The notes under the pieces are model-generated. The model was not told the DNA's origin and ran no database searches. It was given only the letters and a program-made list of their open reading frames with translations. 64,000 nt of DNA from Cyanobacteria bacterium P01_D01_bin.156 (GTDB taxonomy: Bacteria; Cyanobacteriota; Cyanobacteriia; Phormidesmidales; Phormidesmidaceae), in contig JBCCQQ010000009.1 in the NCBI GenBank assembly GCA_039024555.1, forward strand, positions 67,509-131,508, given 5' to 3'. Each line of letters begins with the position of its first letter. The stretch's first letter is position 1. The position numbers and the translations under genes were made by a program. Of the stretch, positions 52,283 through 60,804 are shown piece after piece.

Positions 52283-55200
52283 TTAACTATCTTCGGCGTT
52301 GTTGTTAGTCTCTTCTAGTGCCGCTACGAGTTGATCACGACGTTTTTGTAGTGCAGAGTTGCCAGGAGCCAATTCAAGGCTCCTATCCCAATAGGAAATG
52401 CCTGTTGATATCAGCTCACTTGCTTGTTCAGGTTGATTTTGTTGTGCACAAAGAAAGCCATATTTTAAGCAGGTGGTCCCCTTACTCTTAAGCGTTAGAA
52501 TATGCTTGGGTGCGTGCTCCAGAGTATCATCAAAGGCTTCAATGGAGAGTCGATAATTGTCCAGGGCATCGTTATTCTGTGATAGAGAGGCTTGTAAATC
52601 AGCCAGTTTGGAGAGAGAATTCCCTTTATTATGCAATGTGTTGATTTTGTTGGGTGCGTGCTCCAGGGTATCATCAAAGGCTTTAATGGAGAGTCGGTAA
52701 TTGTCCAGGGCATCGTCATTTTGGGACAAGGAGGCTTGTAAATCGGCAAGACACGCCAGTGAACTGCCTTTATTACCTAGTGCTTCGATAAAGTCAGGCG
52801 CGTGCTCCAGTGTGTCATCAAAGGTTTTAATGGAGAGTCGATAATTTTCTAGGGCATCGTCATTCTGTGATAAAGCGGCTTGTAAATCGGCCAACTTGGA
52901 GAGAGAATTCCCTTTATTATTGAGCACATCGATGAAGTCAGGCGAGTGAGTCAGAGCGTCATCAAGGGTTTTAATGGAGAGTCGATAAGTCTCCAGGGCG
53001 TCGTCATGTTTGGATAAGACGGCTTGTAAATCGGCAAGGCTCTGGAGGGAAATGCCTTTGTAATTTAGTATGACGATGTTGTTCGGCGAATGAATCAGAG
53101 CGTCATCAAGGGTTTTAATGGAGAGTCGATAGGTCTCCATGGCATCGTTATATTGGGATAAGGCGACTTGTAAATCGGCAAGGTTCTGGAGAGAATTGCC
53201 TTTATTCTCTAGCGCGATGATATTGTCAGGCGTGCTCTCCAGAACCTTATCAAGGGTGTCAATGGAGAGTCGATAAGTCTCTAGGGCGTCGTCATATTGG
53301 GATAATGCAGCTTGTAAACCTGCCAGCTGCAAGAGAGCCTTGACTTTTCTATTTAGCGCACTGATATTGTTGGGTATGCGAACCAGAACATCGTCGAAGG
53401 TATCAATGGAGAGTTGATAAGTATCTACAGCGTCGTCATATTGGGATAATGCAGCTTGTAAACCCGCCAGAGTCAGGATAGAATTGCCTTTATTAAGCAG
53501 CGTGATGATATTGTCAGGCGCATGCTCCAGAGCGTCATCAAGGGTGTCAATGGAGAGTTGACAAGTATCTGTAGCGTCGTCATATTGGGATAATAGTCCT
53601 TGTAAAGTCGCCACGCTATCTAAAGCTTTTCCTTTATTAAGCAGTGCGATAGTGTACTCAGGCGCGAGAACCAAAGCGTCATCAAAGGTGTTAATGGAAA
53701 GTCTATAAGTTTCCGTTGCGTCGTCATATTGGGATAATGTACCTTGTACATAGGCTAGGGCCGATAAAGCATTACCTTTGTTGTTTAGTATTGCTATATT
53801 GTTGGGATCTTTTTGTAGATCTTGTTCGTAGGCATCAATGGCTTCTTGATATTCTCGTTGGGCTTCACTATAGAGAGACAGAGTGCTGTAGTATTCTCCT
53901 TCCTTTTTAGAAATGCGCCCCAGTTCAAAATAGCTGCTTATGGTTAGTTCACAGCGCATATCTAGCAAAGTGCGACATAGGTCATATCGACTGAGTTGTA
54001 ATGCTTCATCAAAAACATCAGCCCATAAATTAATGCCCTGGGAGCTGTCTAACTGATTGTTATGGTAAATCTCTTCAAGATTTTTCTCTGCTTGATAATG
54101 CTTTGCCAGTACTTGATGGGCGGCTTGTACCTGTTTCTCATTGTCTAAACGCCGCATCAAATCATGAATGCGATACCAATCTGTTCCATGCTGTTCTGTC
54201 TGCCACACAAACGAAAACCTCAACAGCCGATTAAATGTTGGTCGGTCGGCTGTAAAACTTAGTTTTTCACCCAGCAGCCGATAAATCTCAAAATCAAACG
54301 CACGACAGGCACTCAGAGCATGGATGGCATAGCGCAGGTCACTGTCCACATAGCGCAGCAATCGTTCAATCAACTGTATACTTTTATCATCAAACGCATC
54401 CGGTACCGTTTCAAAGTCCTCTGCCGATAGCGGATTTCCATTGTGCTTTGCCTCTAGCACCACATCAGCACACAGCCCCAAATGCAACGGATGTACCGCA
54501 TCCTCCGTTACGCTCGCATAGATAATTAAACTATCTCGCAGTGCCCCATCCTCAATCCCTATCTTCTGCAAAAACACTGCCGCATCTGCTGCCGACAGGT
54601 TGCCCACATTCACACATTGCAAATACTTCGCAGGGATATCTGTTCCCGGTTTAACGGTCTTCGCTCCAGGCCATTGGGGTATATCCCGCCCTGCTACCAT
54701 TGGTACAATGCCCTTCTCTAAATCTAGCTGTCGTAACAACCGCCGCAGCCACTCATCCTGAAAGAAATTCTGCTCCCGTGGCAGATTACGCCGTTCTCCC
54801 CAAAATGCCTCGTGAGTATCAAAGAACAACGCTAGCCGCTGCGGATGGTATTCTGCCGCCATGGCTCCATTCAAATCCCTGGCAAAGTATTCCGGCAGCC
54901 GCTCTATCAGTTCCCGGTCTACATCCAGTCCACGGATAACCTCAAAATCTTCTTTCTTTAACCCCATCCTAGAAAGATACAGGGGCACCTTCTGCTCCGC
55001 CTGATCGCTCACCAAACTAAAAAAGGCATTAACTATTGCCCCAGCTGGATTCTTAGTAACTGCATCAATTATCGCAGTAGCGACTCCTGCTGCTTTCCCT
55101 AGAGGGAACAGGGATTTAATTTCCTCTGGCGATTTACCCTTGCTATGCAAATACCAAATACAAGCAAAGTCATATCGTGGAAACGTCAGCTTCCAATTAG

Positions 55201-55627
55201 GCACACTGCCCGCTGCCGACTCCCCTAATGCCTTACGTAATAACAGCAGCCCATAAAACCGGTCTCTGGGTTGGGCCTCCCCCACCAGAGTCAAACCAAA
55301 ATCCAGTAACGCTGAGGGCACTGCTAAATGCTGTGTACTTTGTAGTTCTTCTAATCCATTAGCCAGCTCTTCATCAGATTTGGCCTTCGCAACCTGCCAC
55401 TGGCTCGCCGTCAGTCGCTTACAAATATTTTTTCGCAGATATTTCAGCAGCAGCGACTTTCCATTGCCCCCAGGCCCATGGAAAAACAGAATCGACTTTT
55501 CTGCCGGGTCGTCATTTAACCGCTCAGCCAACAGTCGGCTAAAGCTGTATCGATCGGTAAATAACTCCAGAGCACGATCGCCTTCTGTGATAGAAGGCAG
55601 TTGCTGCTCATCATCGGCAATGCTCAT
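52283..55627 (-). CDS. STAND-class P-loop NTPase with C-terminal 48-aa TPR-like repeat array (NLR-like)
   Basis: Walker A GPGGNGKS, Walker B LALFFDTHE, VAGRD, HPLHL, MHD-like RIHDLMR, then tandem repeats. Confidence 0.85.
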   Translation of the reverse strand: MSIADDEQQLPSITEGDRALELFTDRYSFSRLLAERLNDDPAEKSILFFHGPGGNGKSLLLKYLRKNICKRLTASQWQVAKAKSDEELANGLEELQSTQHLAVPSALLDFGLTLVGEAQPRDRFYGLLLLRKALGESAAGSVPNWKLTFPRYDFACIWYLHSKGKSPEEIKSLFPLGKAAGVATAIIDAVTKNPAGAIVNAFFSLVSDQAEQKVPLYLSRMGLKKEDFEVIRGLDVDRELIERLPEYFARDLNGAMAAEYHPQRLALFFDTHEAFWGERRNLPREQNFFQDEWLRRLLRQLDLEKGIVPMVAGRDIPQWPGAKTVKPGTDIPAKYLQCVNVGNLSAADAAVFLQKIGIEDGALRDSLIIYASVTEDAVHPLHLGLCADVVLEAKHNGNPLSAEDFETVPDAFDDKSIQLIERLLRYVDSDLRYAIHALSACRAFDFEIYRLLGEKLSFTADRPTFNRLLRFSFVWQTEQHGTDWYRIHDLMRRLDNEKQVQAAHQVLAKHYQAEKNLEEIYHNNQLDSSQGINLWADVFDEALQLSRYDLCRTLLDMRCELTISSYFELGRISKKEGEYYSTLSLYSEAQREYQEAIDAYEQDLQKDPNNIAILNNKGNALSALAYVQGTLSQYDDATETYRLSINTFDDALVLAPEYTIALLNKGKALDSVATLQGLLSQYDDATDTCQLSIDTLDDALEHAPDNIITLLNKGNSILTLAGLQAALSQYDDAVDTYQLSIDTFDDVLVRIPNNISALNRKVKALLQLAGLQAALSQYDDALETYRLSIDTLDKVLESTPDNIIALENKGNSLQNLADLQVALSQYNDAMETYRLSIKTLDDALIHSPNNIVILNYKGISLQSLADLQAVLSKHDDALETYRLSIKTLDDALTHSPDFIDVLNNKGNSLSKLADLQAALSQNDDALENYRLSIKTFDDTLEHAPDFIEALGNKGSSLACLADLQASLSQNDDALDNYRLSIKAFDDTLEHAPNKINTLHNKGNSLSKLADLQASLSQNNDALDNYRLSIEAFDDTLEHAPKHILTLKSKGTTCLKYGFLCAQQNQPEQASELISTGISYWDRSLELAPGNSALQKRRDQLVAALEETNNNAEDS
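52457..53752 (-). repeat. Nine tandem 144-bp coding repeats (48 aa each)
   Basis: Anchor AATGGA(G/A)AGT at 52541, 52685, 52829, 52973, 53117, 53261, 53405, 53549, 53693: exact 144-bp period. Confidence 0.95.
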
Positions 55628-55796
55628 TTACTAAGCGGACACGATTTTCATCCCTTACTTTAAACGCTGGTCTCAGAACTGCCCACTATCCGTCCTAAGA
55701 CCTGATATTAAGGTCATTCATTTCTATTTTTGGGGTATGCGTTAATTTCTTGATGGCGATCACTTGCCTGAAAATAGTCCCTTCACCCAAACAATT

Positions 55797-56432
55797 ATGG
55801 ATACCTACGATGCAGTGCTAGTGCCTGGTGGCGGTGTGTATGCCCATGGAGCTCTGCCTCTATGGACGCAGCGCAGGTTGGATTATGCTATCAACCACCA
55901 CCAGGGAGCTTACATTATTACTCTTAGCGCTGGAACAACCCATAAGCCACCTCCATTGGATCCAGACAGATATCCCATATTTGAATCTGTTGCCGCAGCA
56001 AATTACTTAACGCAAAAAGGAATTTCTCCGGAAAAGATCCTGGTAGAAACTAGCTCCTACGACACCATTGGCAATGTCTATTTTTCTCGTATGATTCACA
56101 TTGACCCCCTGCATTTAAAGAGATTGTTGGTGGTCACGTCCGAATTTCACATGCCGCGAACCCAGGCAATATTTGAGTGGTTATACGGTTTAGATGGATT
56201 GCCTCAAGACTATCACCTAGAATTTCAAGTGGTCACTGATGAAGGGATTGATGTAAAGCTGTTGGATGCTCGCCGAGCGAAGGAGGCCAAGAGCTTGAAA
56301 AATGTTCGAGCTTTAGCCCAAAGAATTCTGACTATTCAAGACTTTCATACTTGGTTGTTTCAAAAGCATGGTGCTTATGCTGTGGCTCAGCCAGTAGAAC
56401 GGGTTTCGGGAGATATTTTAAAAACCTACTGA
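55797..56432 (+). CDS. YdcF/DUF218 family protein
   Basis: VLVPGGG, RRLD, ETSSYDTIGN, VVTSEFHMPR. Confidence 0.88.
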   Translation: MDTYDAVLVPGGGVYAHGALPLWTQRRLDYAINHHQGAYIITLSAGTTHKPPPLDPDRYPIFESVAAANYLTQKGISPEKILVETSSYDTIGNVYFSRMIHIDPLHLKRLLVVTSEFHMPRTQAIFEWLYGLDGLPQDYHLEFQVVTDEGIDVKLLDARRAKEAKSLKNVRALAQRILTIQDFHTWLFQKHGAYAVAQPVERVSGDILKTY

Positions 56433-56525
56433 GCGAGTGTAAATAATACGTTTGTTCAAAATTTCATGAACAGAAGGGTGCCCACAAATTCGTAAAAATA
56501 TCAGCGCCTAAAATCTTCTTTGCTG

Positions 56526-56560
56526 CAAAAAAAAGACTGCCGGTTTGCACCGCACAGTCT
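56526..56560 (-). terminator. Minus-strand intrinsic terminator
   Basis: Minus strand AGACTGTGCGGT-GCAA-ACCGGCAGTCT followed by a run of 7 T. Confidence 0.8.
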
Positions 56561-56650
56561 ATCATTGGCTTTCAGAATCAAAGAGACCGATATTACTGAC
56601 AGCTAACTTCTGTCTCGAGGAAGATTGCTGAGGTGCTTCTTTGCACATTT
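56526..56650 (-). ncRNA. Candidate ~120-nt sRNA (or leaderless 28-aa ORF 56562-56648)
   Basis: -10-like TATTCT just upstream, internal hairpin GACAG-aagttag-CTGTC, strong terminator. Confidence 0.35.
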
Positions 56651-56837
56651 CTAGAATAGTCAGTAATGCTAAGAATTGAATAAACCAACAATGAAGAAAT
56701 CCGTAGACTGTGTAATGCGGATGTAAAACTGATGTCCTGCAATAGTTATCCTAGCGGATTGGGTAGATGTAAAGTCTGGCATACCTGGCCAATCCGCTGA
56801 ATTTACCAATAAAATCCTGCAGAATAATTTTGTTGAT

Positions 56838-59249
56838 TTATTGTCTGACTAACAATTGCGTGACCCTGTGAATCTGCTTCTGGGCATTGATATCTTTATA
56901 AAGCTCTAACCCCTGCTGCCAATATTGATGAGCTAAATCTGACTGTCGTACGTTTAGATAGCTGTGGCCTAAGGCTACGTAAGCGTTAGCTAGGTCCCCT
57001 TTAGCTCCAATACTTTCAAGCAGCTCAATTGACTGAGTATGATACGCTAACGCGGTGTTGAATTGTTGCCGCTGTCGGCTGACGATGGCTAACCCTGTGA
57101 GTGCTTTTGCCTTCACTTGGGGATAATGGCTCGCATCTGCAAAGCTAAGTGCTTGTTTATGAAGACTGTCTGCTTGGGTTAAGTTGCCAAGCTGTTCATA
57201 GGTTTGACCCAACAGTTGAATAAAATAGGCAAGCCTACCAGATGTTGATGTCTGATCGGTAAAGATGCGCAGACATTGTTGGGCAAGCGGTAAGGCTAGT
57301 TCTTTCTGACCTTGGTAGGCATGGGTTAACGCTAAAGCAACGGTTGCCTTTTCGGCCCAAGCTTGATGGCGGGTATTTTGGGCCAGGTTGATAACGGTGA
57401 TAAATGCCTCTGTTGCTTGGTCTAACTCCCAGAGATCCATGGCGTATAAACCTAGGCTGAGTCGGGAATCGATGTTAAGCATCTGCAGATAATAGTGTTG
57501 CAAACTGTCGAGGTTGTTACGAGTCGCCAGATGCTGCTGAGTACTGGTAATAGCATTTTGTTGGCATTGAATAGCTTGATTAATCTCTCCGGTAATCCAA
57601 TAAATGTCGCCGAGAATGTTGCGTAATTCACTGGTCTGAAAAAGTGGTTGTGATTGTTCTTCTAAATGAGTGAGGAGATTGACAATAAAGTTGCTAATGG
57701 GATGAAGAAACCCCATGCGGTATAAGCTGCTGGCCAGTGGCAAAAACTGTTGCCATTGATTGTGACGACTATTTAATAAGACGGTGGCCGCAGCTTGATA
57801 ATCGTCAATGGCAATGTAATGAAAGTAGGCTTCTAGGGCCTGTTGTGCATCCACCAGACTGGTAAGTATATTGACGCTTGTGGTCCAATAGTGAGCCGCA
57901 GTTTGATTAGCGTTGCGCCATTGTTGTTCATTTTGGCGTAGCCGTTCAATGGCCACTGCGCGGATTACAGGATGCAACCAATATTGACCATTCTCGACTT
58001 CGAGTAAGGACCGATTACGTAGTGATGAGATTGCCCGTTGGACTTCGTTTGAGTCACCCTGGACCAATACAGCGTCTAGCTGTAGTCTGGCAATAGTCTG
58101 ATAGCGATAACAGCTGAGACGACACAGTAGTTGATGGGCCACTGGATCGAGGGTACGTAACCGTTCAATCTGACTAATGACCAGGTTTTTAAGGGCAATT
58201 TCTGCGAGGGGGTCTGCTCCGTAGGTGTGCCAGTAGGCGACTAAATCACCATTAAAGTCGGTTTTTACGGTACTACATAAAATCTCCATCGCTTTAGCAT
58301 TGCCGCCATAGGCTTGATGGAGTCGCTGTAAAATCTCGTCTTGAAATCGCAGCTGATGGTAAGCAACACACTGTTGCCAGTTAGCTAGGGTTAATCGAGG
58401 TAAGCGATAGTGATGGGCCTTGATGCCAGGTTCACATAGGCGATCGCGACTGGTGATAATAGTGGTGGTCTGAATGGAAAAATCGCACAGCAGCTTTAGC
58501 AATTCTGCGTAACCACGGGCCTGGCTAACAAACTGACCGTTTTTGTCGAGGGCTGGCTCTAAGTTGTCAATGAGGATAGCGATTCGATGCTGTTTGAGCT
58601 GCCGTTTTAATCGACTCAAACTGACGCTTAGGTCTTGGCCCGGTTCATCCTCAAGGTCTTGACGGAGCCATTCATCTAAAATGTGCTCCACTGCCGTCAA
58701 GCTGGAGGTTTCTTGGGCAATCCGCCACTCTAAAACCAGCTCAAAGTCGGTTTGACGTAAATAGTGATGGGCAAGGGTGGTTTTGCCAAGCCCGCCTTCT
58801 CCTTGAATAATAATGATGTTATGTCCCTGGCTGCTGAGGGCATTCAGTGTCTCAATGGCGTTGTCTCGACCAATAAAATGAGGATCGGTGGGTTTGCTTG
58901 TAACCTGCTCAGTTGATTTTGGTGTGGCCGATTTAGGTTGGACTGAATGGCCCATCCGATCGGCAACATGAACGACTTTACGTTTGGCGCGCTTTAGCCA
59001 ATATACGAGTCGAGAGCGATAGTTACCCTTGGTTATCCGTTCGCCCAGTACATCTGATAGCAGCCGCCATAGCTGAGAGGCGACATCTTTGACGTGCCCT
59101 TCGCTGTAGCCTGCGATGGTTGCGATCGCACGGTAGGTTTTACCGCCCCACACCTGCTGCAAAATGCAGCACTGTAGGTCGCTCAGGTGCTGGCCTGTCT
59201 TTTCATAGAGCAGTGAATCGGTAAATTCAATTGCGGTATCAACACCCAT
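56838..59249 (-). CDS. HTH + NB-ARC-like STAND NTPase + TPR protein, probable transcriptional regulator
   Basis: N-terminal HTH (LSDLQ..ILQQVWGGKTYRAIA...GYSEGHVKDVASQLW), Walker A GEGGLGKT, Walker B LIDNLE, TSRDRL, GGNAKA, WLHPVIR, C-terminal TPRs. Confidence 0.85.
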   Translation of the reverse strand: MGVDTAIEFTDSLLYEKTGQHLSDLQCCILQQVWGGKTYRAIATIAGYSEGHVKDVASQLWRLLSDVLGERITKGNYRSRLVYWLKRAKRKVVHVADRMGHSVQPKSATPKSTEQVTSKPTDPHFIGRDNAIETLNALSSQGHNIIIIQGEGGLGKTTLAHHYLRQTDFELVLEWRIAQETSSLTAVEHILDEWLRQDLEDEPGQDLSVSLSRLKRQLKQHRIAILIDNLEPALDKNGQFVSQARGYAELLKLLCDFSIQTTTIITSRDRLCEPGIKAHHYRLPRLTLANWQQCVAYHQLRFQDEILQRLHQAYGGNAKAMEILCSTVKTDFNGDLVAYWHTYGADPLAEIALKNLVISQIERLRTLDPVAHQLLCRLSCYRYQTIARLQLDAVLVQGDSNEVQRAISSLRNRSLLEVENGQYWLHPVIRAVAIERLRQNEQQWRNANQTAAHYWTTSVNILTSLVDAQQALEAYFHYIAIDDYQAAATVLLNSRHNQWQQFLPLASSLYRMGFLHPISNFIVNLLTHLEEQSQPLFQTSELRNILGDIYWITGEINQAIQCQQNAITSTQQHLATRNNLDSLQHYYLQMLNIDSRLSLGLYAMDLWELDQATEAFITVINLAQNTRHQAWAEKATVALALTHAYQGQKELALPLAQQCLRIFTDQTSTSGRLAYFIQLLGQTYEQLGNLTQADSLHKQALSFADASHYPQVKAKALTGLAIVSRQRQQFNTALAYHTQSIELLESIGAKGDLANAYVALGHSYLNVRQSDLAHQYWQQGLELYKDINAQKQIHRVTQLLVRQ

Positions 59250-59317
59250 CGGCAATGGTCAATGGCTTTCTCTATGACAGACTACCGTTATGACCAAGAG
59301 CATTGCGCATCAAATAA

Positions 59318-59367
59318 TCCGACTTTTTCAGACCTTTAAATTCGGACAGTTGCCTACAATCTCAGAC
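59318..59367 (+). promoter_or_regulatory. Phased TCNGAC direct repeats (putative operator)
   Basis: TCCGAC 59318, TCAGAC 59328, TCGGAC 59342, degenerate GCCTAC 59352, TCAGAC 59362; -10-like TAGAGT near 59379. Confidence 0.5.
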
Positions 59368-59872
59368 AAAGTGCTCAGTAGAGTATAGACACACCATCAA
59401 ACGTACCATCTACTCATCAACAGGCTGTTTGGATTAGAATCTATGCCTTTGTCGCTCTTGTACCCTGATTTTTTGGTCAAAAGGGTAAACTAATTTGACC
59501 CGTTCCCAATCAAATAATTTTGATGGCTATTTCAAAGTTAATCTGGCAAGGCCGCTTTGGAACGTCTGAAGATTAAAGGATTTGGGGCACCCTTGAATCG
59601 GTTCACAGCGTTTCAACTCGAAATGCTGTGGGAATAGATTACAGGAAAGTTGATGGGTTCCTCGGAACCAGTATTTTAATTTTTGATGTTACTGAACCTC
59701 AGAATGATTCGATCTATCAAGGCCAGGTTACTTGCCATGTCTAGGGATTGAGCCATTCCTTCCAATTAAGTAACAGGAACTTTTTAGTGGATCTGACTAT
59801 ATCAATTGTGCGGTAGCACAGGTACGTCTGTTCACGTTGAATGCATATTTGGAGCAATACGCATCTGCAATT

Positions 59873-60649
59873 ATGACAACCCAACCTCTGCAAGTTTTAC
59901 CGTCTGACCTTGATTCCCGTGGTTTGCCTAACCATGTCGCTGTGATTATGGATGGCAATGGCCGTTGGGCTCAGCATCGAGGTCTGCCACGGATCGAAGG
60001 CCATCGTCGGGGTGCAAATATTCTCAAGGATTTACTGCGCTGTTGTAAAGACTGGGGCATCAGTGCGTTAACGGCCTATGCGTTTTCCACTGAAAACTGG
60101 CGACGTCCCCATGAGGAAGTGGATTTTCTCATGGTGTTGTTTGAGCGTATGTTGCGCAAAGAGCTAGCAGAAATGCATAGAGAAGGGGTGCGTATTCGAT
60201 TTATTGGAGATTTGACCGCATTGCATGGTTCGCTGCGCCGGGAAATTGAGCGCTCCATGGAGCAGACTCAGCATAATGATGCCGTAGAGTTTAATGTCGC
60301 GATTAACTATGGTAGTCGTCATGAAATTACCCAGGCCTGTCGCTCTGTGGCAGAGCGTGTAGAGCAAGGTGAGCTATCTGCGAATGCCATTACTGAAGAG
60401 CTACTAGAACGTCATTTATATACAGCGGGCAGCAGCGATCCTGACTTGCTGATTCGTACTAGCGGTGAGCAGCGTCTAAGCAACTTTTTGCTTTGGCAAA
60501 TGGCCTATGCAGAAATGTATTTTGCCAATGTATTTTGGCCTGAGTTTGACCGTCATCAGTTTCATCAGGCTCTGCTGGCCTTTCAACATCGAGATCGCCG
60601 CTTTGGAGCGCTGTCAGAACCTGTGAAAGCTCAGGCGTTAACAGCTTAA
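59873..60649 (+). CDS. uppS: cis-isoprenyl (undecaprenyl diphosphate synthase family) transferase
   Basis: [55 protein letters not shown]. Confidence 0.93.
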   Translation: MTTQPLQVLPSDLDSRGLPNHVAVIMDGNGRWAQHRGLPRIEGHRRGANILKDLLRCCKDWGISALTAYAFSTENWRRPHEEVDFLMVLFERMLRKELAEMHREGVRIRFIGDLTALHGSLRREIERSMEQTQHNDAVEFNVAINYGSRHEITQACRSVAERVEQGELSANAITEELLERHLYTAGSSDPDLLIRTSGEQRLSNFLLWQMAYAEMYFANVFWPEFDRHQFHQALLAFQHRDRRFGALSEPVKAQALTA

Positions 60650-60743
60650 GCGTTGGGGGGCAGGCTTGTGGCTCGCGCCTACGTTAGGTCGGGTTGGAGA
60701 TCAATATAAAGCGGCATGATTTTTCCGGGAAACTAGGGTTAGG

Positions 60744-60799
60744 AATTCGGAGTTCGGAGTGTTTATCCTTTTAGACGTTCGACTTCTAACTCCCGAATT
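60744..60799. repeat. Imperfect inverted repeat between convergent genes (probable terminator/STRR-like)
   Basis: AATTCGGAGTTCGGAGT ... ACTTCTAACTCCCGAATT; left arm has two tandem TTCGGAG heptamers. Confidence 0.5.
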
Positions 60800-60804
60800 T
60801 ATTT

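Noticed and set aside
52457..53752. 144-bp repeats as a CRISPR array or DGR template/variable pair
   Set aside because: They are in-frame coding repeats without unique spacers; differences are not restricted to adenines; no cas or reverse transcriptase gene in the window
52283..55627. Absence of HIP1 sites as evidence of horizontal transfer
   Set aside because: Mean HIP1 spacing in the window is about 2.5 kb, and gaps this long or longer also occur over native genes
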